Shown: positions 15,451 through 28,770 of the stretch, piece by piece | Layout: the number at the start of each line of letters is the position of its first letter | Position numbering within the stretch: position 1 is the stretch's first letter | Assembly (NCBI GenBank): GCA_951406725.2 | Contig: OX597823.1 | Coordinates: 53,630,001-53,694,000 of the forward strand | Origin: Octopus vulgaris | Lineage: Eukaryota | Reading direction: 5' to 3' | Length of the DNA: 64,000 nt | Notes under the pieces: model-generated | Told to the model about the DNA's origin: nothing | Seen by the model: the letters and a program-made list of their open reading frames with translations, nothing else | Databases searched by the model: none | Program-made: the position numbers and the translations under genes

Positions 15451-15634
15451 ACAGACAGCTAGAAATTTTTAGATCTTTATAATGTGTAAGAGAAAGAAAT
15501 CTTCCATGTGTACAATTTAATCTTTGATTTAAATTTCAGACTTCCAAACCACCCTCAACATAACTTAATGTCGAAGGGATTGTTTACCCTATGATAAGCT
15601 GAGCACCAGAGACACACCATTTGTATATATATTA

Positions 15635-15881
15635 TTTATCCTTTACTTTCTTCAGTCGCTGGACTGCAGCCATGCTGGGATACCACCTTCAAGGGTTTTA
15701 GTTGAATGAATTAACCCCACTACTTAATTTTTAAGCCTGGTACATATTCTATAAGTGTCTTCTGGCAAACTGCTAAGTTTCATGGATGTAGACAAACCAG
15801 TACCAGTCATCAAGTGGTAATGATGATGATGGGGTGAGGCAAATACAAAGACACACACACACATATAGATGTATACATATG

Positions 15882-15912
<31 letters not shown>

Positions 15913-16110
15913 GTATACACATGCGCACACACATATATATATATATGAGTGGCTTGTTTTAGTTTCCATCTACCAAATCTGATCACAAGGTTTTGGTCAG
16001 CCGGAGTCGATGGTAGAGGACACTTACCCAAAGTACCACACAATGGGATTGAACCCCCTAAAGCACATGGTTGTAAAGCAAGCTTCCTAACCACACAGCC
16101 ATACCTGCAC
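15635..16110 (-). mobile_element. Family-1 SINE, diverged
   Basis: Same head and tail motifs in reverse (accacacagccatacctgcac; gccatgctgg). Confidence 0.75.
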
Positions 16111-16333
16111 TATATATATATATATGTGTATATATATATATGTATGTATGTATATATATATGTATATATATACTTTATTTAAAAGCAGCAGAAATTCAAC
16201 ATATATATATATATATATATATCACATGATCACATGATTGACCAGACCATCAGATGTTGCTACATACCGCTGGTCAAAATGCGTTTGCACTGTTTTATTC
16301 TGGCTAAGCAAGTAGGCCAATATATATATATAT

Positions 16334-16429
<96 letters not shown>

Positions 16430-17454
16430 ATATATTATTTAACTCCTTGCAAATGGATTTAGTACAGACTGTGTTAGGCCATGAAACTAATAGTAGCACA
16501 CAAAATCATATATTGTGTTTATTAAATAATGTTTATCTCCCACCAGATGGAGTACATTTTTTGTTGATCTTAGCATCACAGAACAGTACACTATATGTGT
16601 GTGTACGTGTGTACGTGTGTGTGTCTGTGAACATATATATATATATGTGTGTTTGTATGCATGCATGTATGTATGTCTGTATGTATGTATGTATGTACGT
16701 GCGTGTGTGTGCGTATATATATATATATAATTACATTATGTCATAGTATCATCCTGCTTTCACTCTAATTCTACTAGTAACTTTTGTTTTAGCACTTTAT
16801 ATGTTGTCCTGGCCTTATAAGGCCTAAGGCCTTTATTTTATACCCTACCTTATAGGGGCTAACAGTAGTAATAGCAGGCAGCCTTTTACATGCCTTAGTT
16901 GATTAGGTAAGGCACCAGATTAGCTACTTATTCTTCTTGAAGCTTTTAGCATTTCACTACCAAGCTTTGTAGTTATAGCAAGATTTCATCTTCTTAATCA
17001 CTTTTTAACATTTCTTCCTCCCTAATCTTTCTAAGACAGTCACTCAATGTTTTGGTTGGAGGGAGAGGCTGGTAGGTCAAGATTACAAGGCTGAATATTC
17101 TTTTTATCCCTGTCTAAATTCCTTATTTAGTACTTAGTAGCTTTCTCAGTCCCCACTCACTTCTTCCTCTATCCCCCTCTCTCTTCTATCTTTCCCTCAT
17201 CCCATTTTTCTGTTTCTTTGCTTTCTTCTTTCTTTCTTTCTTTCTTTCTTTGAGTGGCCTCTCTTTATCTTCTTCTTTTATACACACACACACACACACA
17301 CACCCTCACATGCACACACACCCTCAGACAAGTACACACATATATACCCTCACACATGCACACACATACATGCATGCACATACACCCTCGCATACACACA
17401 CACATGTGCACATACAAACACTACAGGCATGCACACGCGCACACACATGCACAT

Positions 17455-17508
<54 letters not shown>

Positions 17509-17879
17509 TCACATGCAAACATACATACACACACCGAGCACTAATATACCCACATTATCAATCGAATCTTATTTTCCCATCAACCACCACAATCATCACC
17601 ATCACCACCACCACAACCAACACAACCACCACCACCACCACCACCATCACCTACTAAGAGAATTACTTAAGTCCACTAGTCTGCTATCTCCAGAACAATT
17701 TAGCTTACAACATGACAGAAAAGCTGAGCCTGCCCCTTCCCTTTATTCATTGTCACCTCCACTCACACTCCACTCTCCTTGCTATTCTTTAGTAACCCCT
17801 TTTCCCCTCTTACCTCCAGCCCCATTCCAAAAGAACACCCCCACTATTAGTCCCTTCTCTTGACCCCTCATTCACCATC

Positions 17880-17880
17880 A

Positions 17881-17915
<35 letters not shown>

Positions 17916-17916
17916 C

Positions 17917-17962
<46 letters not shown>

Positions 17963-18450
17963 CATCTATCTATCTGTCTATCTACTCCTCTCTCTCCCTC
18001 TTTTTCTCTCTTCTTATTTCTCCCCACCTTTCTTCCCTCATTCTCCCTCCCTCCCCCTCTTTTTCTGTTCTCCCTCTCTCTTTTTCCTTTATCTCCCTTT
18101 CTTTCTCTTTTACTCTCTTTCATTCCTACCACCCCACTCCCTCTCTCTCTTTCTCTCTCTTCGTCTCCCTTTTCGTCTCCCTCTTCCTCTCCCTTTCTCA
18201 TTCTCACTCTTTCTTACTCCCTCTCTCTTCTCTCTTCCTCCCACTTTATCTTTTTCCCCTACCTTCTCTCTCTTCCTCTTCCACTTCCTCTCCCGCTCTT
18301 TCTCTTCCTCTCCCTCTCCTTTTCTCTTTCACATTCCTGCCCTCTCTCTCTTTCTCTTCCTCTCCCTCTTCCTCTCTTTCTATCTCTTCCTCTCTCTCTC
18401 TCTCTTTCTATCCTTTCCCCTTCCTCTCTCTTTATCCCTTTCTTTCTCTA
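17880..18450. repeat. Long polypyrimidine (CT-rich) tract
   Basis: About 570 bp almost entirely C/T on the + strand. Confidence 0.9.
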
Positions 18451-18569
18451 CACTCAACATATACTTTCAACCAACACCCCACCCCAACTTTGCTCCAAAA
18501 TTAGCAAAGACCTTAGGGCTTAGCTTTGTAGTTTATTGTAGTTGTTATTGTCATAGATTTTTTGCAATG

Positions 18570-19199
18570 ATTCATCTTTACTTCAGTCGTGAGACTGGGG
18601 CCTTGCTAGGGGCCACTGCCTTCAAGAATTCTTACTCAGGTTGATTCTTACTCGAAAGAATCAACCCCAGTACTTATTATTCTTTTATGTCTGGTACTGA
18701 TTCTATTAGTTCCTATTTGTTGAACCACTAAGTTATGGTGATGTAAACACACCAATTCCAGTTGTCAAGCAGTGGTGGGAGACAAACACAGTCACTAACA
18801 CTGACACACACACACACATGCACACACATACACACACATGTTTATATATATGATGGGCTTCCTTCAGTTTCTGTCTACCAGTTCCACTTACAAAATTTTG
18901 GTTGGCCTGAGGCTATAATAGAAGACACTTGCCCAAAGTGCAACACAGAACCATATAGTTGAGAAGCAAACTTCTTACCTCACTGCCATACTTACTCTTA
19001 CTCTTTTTACTCTTTTACTTGTTTCAGTCATTTGACTGTGGCCATGCTGGAGCACCGCCTTTAATCGAGCAACTCGACCCCAGGACTTTTTTGTAAGCCC
19101 AGTACTTATTCTATCGGCCTCTTTTGCCGAACCGTTAAGTAACGTGGACATAAACACACCAGCATCGGTTGTCAAGCAATGCTAGGGGGACAAACACAG

Positions 19200-19236
<37 letters not shown>

Positions 19237-19408
19237 CATATATACGACAGGCTTCTTTCAGTTTCCGTCTACCAAATCCACTCACAAGGCATTGGTCGGC
19301 CCGGGGCTATAGCAGAAGACACTTGCCCAAGATGCCACGCAGTGGGACTGAACCCGGAACCATGTGGCTGGTTAGCAAACTACTTACCACACAGCCACTC
19401 CTGCACCT
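18570..19408 (-). mobile_element. Two tandem family-1 SINE copies (older 18570-18991, younger 18992-19408)
   Basis: Reverse complement of the 32998-33457 element, present twice. Confidence 0.82.
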
Positions 19409-20370
19409 ATACTTGTGCCTATGGTTTTCATACAGTCAAAAGAACTTTCTCTGAGAACCTAAATACATAATTCCAGTAAGATTTGGATAGGTCTGGTCTG
19501 GTCTGCTCTGATCTGGTAGGGGTAGTGGTAAAAAAAAACGTGTGGGAGGTGGGGGGGGGGGCATCTGTCCCCCCACCCCTACTAGGTAATATACTATTGG
19601 TGGTATCAGTGGCATGAAATTGGTGATATCGCATGACGCTAAGGAATCTGGAATATAACAGAATACAAAAATGACCAGTATGAGAAGCCTGGCAATTTAT
19701 TGACCACTAAAACTACTCTACTGGACGCTTCTAGATTTAACTTAAAACATCTCCATCCTACCAAACCCTGTTCTGCCCTCATAAAACATACCCCCCCCCC
19801 CCCTACACACACCAACTTTTATTGTCATATCCAATCTGATTCCAAGTAACCAAACCCTGACATTGATACTGTCACCCAGTAAGGAGGAATTTTGTCAGGC
19901 GTGTGGGGAGTCGGTGTGTTGGCGGTGATATCAGACCTATGATCGACCAGTAATTCTAGCTGCAGTAAAGTTTACACAGGCTCTGTACTCATATACATAT
20001 ATATCATATAATCATGTATATTATATCACATACATACATATATATATTTATATATATATACATAGATGCACACAAACATATTATGTATACATACCTACAT
20101 ATATATATAAATACATACATGCATACATATATATATATATATATATATACACTCCTTTTATGAAACAGTGTATCTTGAAGCACATAAGACTACAAATGTC
20201 AAAGTGTAAACATTGGGTTGAAGAACCCTATGAATAGAAAAAGGCAATGGCAGCTCACGTGTTCATTCACACACAAGCACACAAACACAGACACACACAC
20301 ACACACATGTTTACATATATTAAGCAGTTCTCTATTTAAGAGATGAGGAATTATATACAATATTTACATT

Positions 20371-20674
20371 ATTTACATTTGATGGATATTTGTCCTCATC
20401 TTGTTTGTTGTTAACTCTATGGCATAGTGGTTAAGAGCACAGGCTACTAACCCCAAGATTCCGAGTTCAATTCCAGGCAGTGACCTGAATAATGATAATA
20501 ATAATGATAATAATGATGATGATGATAAGAATAATAACATCGAAAAATACCTTAGGAATGAGAACCCAGGTTCGAAATTTCCCCAAGACACCTGATGAAG
20601 GCTGGAGGGTATATCAGCCGAAACGTTGTGTTAAGAACAAACAAGATGAGGACAAATATCCGTCAACTGTAAAT
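20371..20674 (+). mobile_element. Short non-autonomous retroelement: tRNA-like head, (AAT/GAT)n, minimal hammerhead ribozyme, inverted duplication of its 3' end
   Basis: A-box tggcatagtgg (20420) and B-box gagttcaattcc (20463). Hammerhead core at 20592-20627. 45-bp inverted arms at 20371-20415 and 20630-20674. Confidence 0.7.
20587..20632 (+). ncRNA. Minimal type I hammerhead ribozyme
   Basis: Helix I gacac/gtgtt; core CTGATGA; helix II ggctg/cagcc; GAAA; palindromic AACGTT in place of helix III; predicted cleavage after GTT (20627). Confidence 0.75.
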
Positions 20675-20834
20675 TATATAAATAATAAATATTATGCATA
20701 TATAAATGCGTGTGTGTGTGTGCATATGTGCACATACACACATGTATCACCAAGATTTATCTTTAAGGTATTCATATATTCTAAAAAAAACATGTATATA
20801 TGTTTTGTGTGTATGCACGTGTGTGCATGTATGA

Positions 20835-20876
<42 letters not shown>

Positions 20877-21285
20877 TAAACAGTAAAAATAATTACAGAC
20901 ATGGACAAGAACATGAAACACCACAGAGACGACACAAGAACCACAGGACGGGACATTCGAAGCCCTCAGTCATCAGTCAAGAACCAGATCATCTTAGCAA
21001 TTTCGGCTGATTAATCTTGAGATTGCTCCGATATGGCCAGCCAGCCAAGGGAAATCTAAGCCAAGCGCATTAGATCCCCTGGAAGAAAGCTTCGAATGTA
21101 TACAACACGAGGACGGAAAACGAACGAAGTACACGAACAAAAATACAGAATACGTGACACCAATAAGAATGCAAAAACGTAAAAACAATAACGGTAAAAA
21201 TAAAAAATAATAAAAAATAATAAAAAATAAACAACAAAACAAAACCAGGACGTAGGACAAGGGTCTTTCGACAGGACGAGTTAAG

Positions 21286-21325
<40 letters not shown>

Positions 21326-21853
21326 CCTTTGTTTTTAGAGCATCATTTTTCTACACTATAATCAAACTATAATATATAAATGAGCACAAATTTGGCTGTA
21401 ATTTCTAGTAGACAGAACTACCATGTTTAGGCAGGTTACATTATAGGCGCAACAGAAATAGGTTTTTCCAATAACTTAATCAATAACTTTCTAAACGATA
21501 TGCTGAAACTAAAAGAATTCTTGATTTTTCAACTTCCCATTTTATTTATATCAATTGATAGATCATAGAAGTAAATAAATTTAGATCTTTTTGCCATTTT
21601 GCATCTGCCTGACATTTTATCTGCATTTAAACCTTTCATTTTCTGAAAAATAAATCATGTTTATATTGGTAGTTATATTATAGACAAACACATATTCATA
21701 TCATTGCATTCCATCACACACACACTATCGAATACACATGCACACACATTCACTATCAAACACACATGCACACACACACATACAAACAAAAATATATATA
21801 GAGGGAGAAAGGCAAAGAGATGCAAATGTATGCATGTGTACGTATATGATGTT

Positions 21854-21891
<38 letters not shown>

Positions 21892-22771
21892 TGTGTATGC
21901 ACACATCAATATACACATGTATTACATACATTTCAAATATACATAAATATTTATATGTGTGTGCATGTGCAATATATATATATATATATGTATATATAAA
22001 TATGTGTGTGTGTGTGTGTGGTGTATATATATATGTATATAAAATGTATATATATATATATATATATATACATATATATATGTGTGTATACACATATATA
22101 TACATATATATATATACACATATATATATACTTATACATACATATATATATATACACATATATGTATACATACATGCATACATACATACATACATACATA
22201 CATACATACATACATACATACACACACAAACACTCACAAGAACATAAATATATAACATACAGGCTTCTCTACAGTTGTTTCTCTATTGTTTATTCATGAA
22301 AACATCTTTATGGATTGATTTTATCTCCTTTCATTCTTCCATTGTTTTATTCAATCTTCATTTACTCCTTTCTATATATTTTCCTGTCTTTTTCTCTTTT
22401 TGCTCTTTCGTGATTTATTTAAAACAAGGGTAGAAATTTATACAAAATTTGTTTCTCAATTTGTTTCTATGAGAATTCAAATCCGTAATATGTCAATTTT
22501 TACAGTTTTCATGCCTCTGACATCAATAAAATTAAGTATCAGTAATGTTATAAGGTGATTTGATTTAATCAAATATGCCTTTATTTTTTTTTTTTTTTTT
22601 ATTTTTTTTTAGAAATATATGTGCTTGTGCCAATGTGAAGAAATTTGTATAATTTCATTTCTTAATAATGGCAGCTAATATATATACTTACATGTGTGCA
22701 TATGTATGTATCACTTTTTATATGCTAGCCACTGATATAATCATTTCAATGATTATAATATATATATATAC

Positions 22772-22824
<53 letters not shown>

Positions 22825-22955
22825 CATGCATATATATATATATATAAATATATATACATAGAAATACTATAATAATAATAGTAGGGAATATAATTCCAAA
22901 ACTTGCAGGGAAAGATTCAATTTAACAATTTTAAATCAAATTCCACAATATAAAA

Positions 22956-23220
22956 TATATGTATATAATTTAGAGAAAAACCACTATTAAACAATTCAAT
23001 AAAGAAAGATGTTATTCACACCATATAGAAAACATATACTATAAAAAAAAACTTATTTTAAAACAATGAAGTACAATAAATACTACTGTTTACTATTTAT
23101 TGTACTTTATTGATTTAAAATAAAGTTTTTTTTTATAGTATATGTTTTCTATATGGTGTGAATAACATCTTTCTTTATTGCATTGTTTAATAGTCATTTT
23201 TCTCTAAATTATATACATAT
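22956..23220. repeat. Fold-back inverted repeat (~125-bp arms)
   Basis: 22956-23083 versus 23094-23220. Confidence 0.9.
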
Positions 23221-24230
23221 AAACATATATACATATATATTTTTATATATATATATATATACACATACATGCATATATGTATGTATGTAAATATATGAGA
23301 GAGAGAGACAGACAGACAGAGAAAGCTCTTTATATCATTATATTGTACTTATGGTATACTAATGTGCTACTTAATTTTCATGTATCATAAACTAGCTGTT
23401 CTCCATCTGGAGTGTAATACTTCATCTAGAATGTAAATTTGCTTCTGACTATTTTGCCAGTCATAATAAATATGGAAACTTGTGAAAATAAAATGATAAA
23501 ACAAATAAATAGAAAGAAATTGTGAAGGAATGAACATAGAGAAGAAATCATCTGAATTATGTCTGTTAAATTAACAGTGTACTTCTATATCAAAAAATGT
23601 TTGGAAATTTAACAAAAATTTCAAGAAAGGTTATGAAATATTAAGGTACATCTGTCAAATGCAATGTACTGTTTAAATGTAATGTCATGTAATTTTGTAT
23701 AAGAAATTATTTGTTTGTATTGTGTTTGTGTGAAAAGTGTTTGAATTCTTCTGATAGTCTATATCAAGTGAAGATGTGCAATGCGAATGTTGCTTTAGGT
23801 TAGGTGTTCAGTTACACTAGATAAACGTTATCGTAGGATGTAAATTACTTTGATGTAGATCAAATTTTGTAATCAGCTAGCATGTATTTGTCATAATGTG
23901 GGCATCATTAAAAGAAATCTCTTTTAGTGTTTAAGCAGTCACTAGTGATTTTCAACTTAATCAATATATGTGTGTTTTCCACTGTACACATCAACCATTT
24001 CCTTGACCAGTTGGTATATGATCTGCCTCATTTGAGAATTCTTTATCATATATCTTAATCTGAGTTCCCTTATCCATAAAATTGAAGTAGCACCTTTGTA
24101 TATATTAAGAACTTCACAAAAATCTCGTCTAACTCTGACAAGGGTGTTCAGTCCTCTGTACCAGTTGAATGTTCTCTTAGTAACAAGGAATATGTATGTA
24201 TGTACGTATGTTTGTATATATGTATGTATG

Positions 24231-24264
<34 letters not shown>

Positions 24265-24458
24265 TGTATGTATGTATGTATGTATGTATGTGTGTGTGTG
24301 TATGTATGTATGTATGGTCTTGCTCACACGTACAAAGATACACAGATCACAGATGCATACATTATATTTAAGCTAATTACTATGTCACATTTTGAATGTT
24401 GAATATTCAAAACTTGTAAAAAAATAGTACTAATATATATTTTTTTTTTCTATTGCAG

Positions 24459-25945
24459 AAATGAAGACATAGTGCCTCACACTAGCGAGGATGTAGGTAA
24501 ATCTGTGATGTCCCAGAATGCAACATATTCTTCCGATGTAGATAGAAGACATGAAGACATAAGTCACAATAGTCAAAGACAGCTTCCTCCAACAACTGCC
24601 ATTGTTAGCGACATCTCTCAAAGGCATGCTTCCGCTTCTACTGCCACAGCTTCTGTTGAGGAACTAAATGGTCAACAGAGCATTGAAGACGTAAGTAGTA
24701 GATTCTCAGAAATAGCTAATCACAGACAACCAGAAAGTCTCGATCATAGAAACTGTGAAGAATTCAATAGTCGACACCTGGATGAAAGCAGCAATAGGCA
24801 GGAAGTGGGTTACAGACATGTTAATCAGCTTAATAATCGGCATGTTAACGAACATGCTCTCAGGCACTCCGAAGACTTACACCATAGACATAGTGATGGC
24901 TCATCTCTAAGAATTACTGCTGAAGAATCGACTCTTAGACATCCAGAGGACCCTAGTTTAAGAAATACTGAGGAATCAATTCTCCGACACTCGGACGATA
25001 ACATGCTTCGACATTCAGACGACTCGATCCTACGCTTACCTGACAGCATCGTACAGAGACACGCTGATGAACTGAATAAATGTCATCCAGGAGAAATAAG
25101 GCATTCAGAAGATTTAAGACATCAAGACGATTTAAGACATCAAGATGATTTAAGACATCAAGATGATTTGAGACACTCTGAAGAATTGAGACCTCCTGAA
25201 AGCCTGAGGCAATCTGAAGATTTGAGACATTCTGATGATCTCAGACACTCTGATGAGTTGAGACATCCAGAGAATTTGAGACATATTGAGAAGCTGCGTC
25301 ACCAAGATAGTTTCAGACATTCAGGAGATCTCAGGCATCCCGATGAAATGCATCATCGAGATGACTCGAGACATCAAGACGACCTCCATCATCCTGAGAG
25401 CCTAAGACATCCGGAAGATCTAAAACACCTCGAAGACTTGCGTCATCCGGATGAATTAAGGCATCCAGATGAGTTGAGCTATCGCCATCCTGACCAGCTA
25501 GGTCTTCTCCATCCAGATACAAAATTGAACCATAGGCGACCAGATGAATTGACACCAAGGATTCCAGATGATCTTCGATGTAGGCAAATGGGTGAATTAA
25601 GTCATAGGCACTCAGATGAGCTTGGTCATAGACTTTCTGACGATCTTGTACCTCAGTTTCCTCAAGATTTAAGCCCAAATAACTCAGATGATCTCAGTCC
25701 ACAGCATTCCATTGATGATTTAAATCTTCGGCATCCTGGATCCGACTTTAGTCAGCGATATCATGATGATTTAAGTTTACGAAACCCAGACTCATATCAG
25801 CCAAATGTCAGCAGTTACAACAATATCAGCATCAACGAACTTTCACCTCATACACCTCAATCTATTTCACCTTCATCTCTTCCTGATGTTACATGTCACC
25901 TCAATAATGAGGGTATTTTCGTATGTCACTTATGCAACTTTTCAG
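24459..25945 (+). CDS. hb: hunchback coding exon A: N-terminal His/Arg/Asp periodic repeat domain plus first half of zinc finger NF1
   Basis: Acceptor tttttttttctattgcag ends at 24458. The frame is open (NEDIVPH...); the first in-frame ATG is at 24508, so the true start may lie in an upstream exon. Exon ends FVCHLCNFS-g|gtgag (phase-1 donor at 25946) and joins exon B to complete a C2H2 finger. Confidence 0.85.
24710..25793 (+). repeat. Coding tandem repeat: 8-aa units / 21 x 6-aa LRHx[DE][DE] units (25096-25473) / 8-aa units
   Basis: Visible in the translation (LRHQDD LRHQDD LRHSEE...) and as 18-bp DNA units such as ttaagacatcaagatgat. Confidence 0.92.
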
Positions 25946-26056
25946 GTGAGTCTCCTTCTTCTTCTTCTTCTTCTTCTTCTCCTCCTCCTCCTCTTCCTCC
26001 TCTTCCTCTTCCTCCTCTCCTCTCCCTCCTCCTTCTTCTTCTTCTTCTTCTTCTTC

Positions 26057-26093
<37 letters not shown>

Positions 26094-26530
26094 CATTATT
26101 CTAATACTACTATTGCTGCTGCTGTTGCCATGGCCACTAGTGCTGCTACTACTGCTGCTGCCAATCTTGCTACTGCTGTTAGTTATATCCTTACTAAATA
26201 TCCTACTACAAAATAGAATTCTAATTCAAAATTCATGGATAACTTTTCTATTTTGATTCTGGAAATGGTATCTCTTGAGTTCTCTCATCTTTACCTTCAC
26301 ATTCCTAATGTGCTATTGAAGAATGTATAAGCATAATTATTTCTATTTTACTAGACAAACCTTATCCTATTTAAATTCTTTGAAAACAACCCTAGCACTG
26401 CCAAATTTCAACACTCTAAACCTTTCCATGCTGTAATTCTGCTACTAATTCTTCCATTTACCATTCATACCTGCCAAAATGGCATCTCCCTCTTTCTCTC
26501 TCTCTCTCTCTCTCTCTCTGTATATATATA

Positions 26531-26565
<35 letters not shown>

Positions 26566-27091
26566 GTCTACCTTTCGCTCTCTCTATTCATCTCTGTTTT
26601 ATCCCCTTTTCCCACTTCACTTCCTCCCTCTCCCTCTTTCTCTTTCGTCTCCCTTCTCCCCATCTCTCTCTCATTCTTTATATTTCCCCTCCCCCTATTC
26701 TTCTGGACTGGCATAAATTCAGAATCAAATGAAGGTGGAGCGGTTTGACTCTCTTGGCTTAAGATAGCATTTTCTCAAAGCTCTCCAAAGGAATCAAGGT
26801 GTTAAAAAAAAAAAAAAAAAAGAAAATATCCAAAAACAAGAAAAAAAAACAAAATCATAGACAGCTCACTGCTTCGTATCATTGTTTAGAGAATAGATAT
26901 GTTGATAGTCAATTTACAATTGTAGATTAATTGGCAACGGCGGTAGAAAAATCTATGCTATATCAACAAGATATGCAAGATAGTTTATACTTTCTAAATG
27001 AATGTGTATCAGCTGTGTCAGACTGGCTTTTCTCTGAAGTTGGTGTTTCTTCTCTTTTGAGTCATAGCCATGTATGTATTACAGTGGAATG

Positions 27092-27124
<33 letters not shown>

Positions 27125-27177
27125 AAAGAGAGAGAGAGAGTTTGCATGTGCATGTGTGTGTACATATGTATATATAC

Positions 27178-27234
<57 letters not shown>

Positions 27235-27299
27235 TATTTATGTATATATACATATGTACACACACATGCACATGCAAAACTCTCTCATACAATCATGTG

Positions 27300-27331
<32 letters not shown>

Positions 27332-27375
27332 TATACATATATATGCATATATATATGAATATATATATATATATT

Positions 27376-27508
<133 letters not shown>

Positions 27509-27626
27509 CACACATATACACACATATATTTCTATATTGAGTGTTAGTGTGAAACGTAGCTAGCTGACTGCTGTGAATGGATAAAAACACAATTACTTAT
27601 AATGTGTAATGTGTGTGTTGTATGTA

Positions 27627-27681
<55 letters not shown>

Positions 27682-27993
27682 CATGATGTGACTTTTACAT
27701 ATTAATTGGAACTTTCCCATTTCATTAAAACCTTTCACTACAGTAGCTTGCTTGTCCACACTGTAAATGTGCAATGAGCTGTAACATGTGAGTAACGAAC
27801 CATAAACATGAAATACACCTTGAGTATGCCTTCGTTTCCACTTAGTATAACATAAACTAAAGAGTACAAAATTGCTGACAAACATAATTAATTGCATAGA
27901 TATATAATTATATATATGTAATTATATACATACACAGATACATAGATACATACATATATATATATTTATATATACATAAAAATATATATATAC

Positions 27994-28059
<66 letters not shown>

Positions 28060-28323
28060 ATTTGTAAAAGAAGAATAAGAAAAAAGAAGGGAAATTAATG
28101 GAGCATTAGTTATAGATTTTCACATGATATGTAGTCGAATTAATTTAGGAAATAAATGGTATGAAATACATTAGCAGACAATTTTTGAGTAAATTGTTTC
28201 TAATATCTTAATGAGTTTTAATGATTAACTTACATTCAACTAAAAGTGTTCCATTCTTTTATGAGAAAATCTAGGAACAAAATCTACAAGAATTCATTCA
28301 CAAAACATATATATGCATATATA

Positions 28324-28397
<74 letters not shown>

Positions 28398-28509
28398 CAT
28401 ATAAATTTATATAAATAAGGATAAGATCATTAATTTAAAATCTAAATAACGATCTTATCAAGTGGCCAGCATGGGAATAAAAACCTTCAAAGGTAATAAT
28501 TACTATTGA

Positions 28510-28770
28510 AATTAATAATTTAGGGTATCTATGAGATACTACCACGCTGAAAATAGCAGTCAAAATCTGACTCTAAAATGAACATTTAATGTGGTTTTAG
28601 AGTCAGGTTTTGACTGCTATTTTCAGTGTAGTGGTATCTCTTAGATACCCTAAATTATAATTTTAATATATTATATATATATAATGTAGTTTTAGAGTCA
28701 GGTTTTGACTGCTATTTTCAGCATGGTGGTATCTCTTAGATACCCTAAATTATAATTTTAATATATTATA
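28510..28770. repeat. Fold-back inverted repeat with tandemly duplicated right arm
   Basis: 28510-28586 is inverted at 28588-28665 and again at 28682-28770. Confidence 0.88.

Noticed and set aside
20416-20485. Possible tRNA gene
   Set aside because: It has A and B boxes but no proper acceptor stem or cloverleaf. It is treated as a retroposon head, like those at 32998 and 61663.
20950-21015. Minus-strand GAAA...CTGATGA arrangement suggesting a permuted hammerhead
   Set aside because: Helices I and II could not be paired convincingly around the core.
25096-25473. Regular 18-bp repeats resembling a CRISPR or satellite array
   Set aside because: No spacers, eukaryotic context, and the repeats are in-frame coding units.
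25946-26256. ORF read-through past the exon A donor giving a poly-Ser/Pro/Leu/Ile, transmembrane-looking tail
   Set aside because: It consists of (TCT)/(CCT)/(TAT)/(CTG) microsatellites after a strong gtgag donor. Splicing instead completes a zinc finger.
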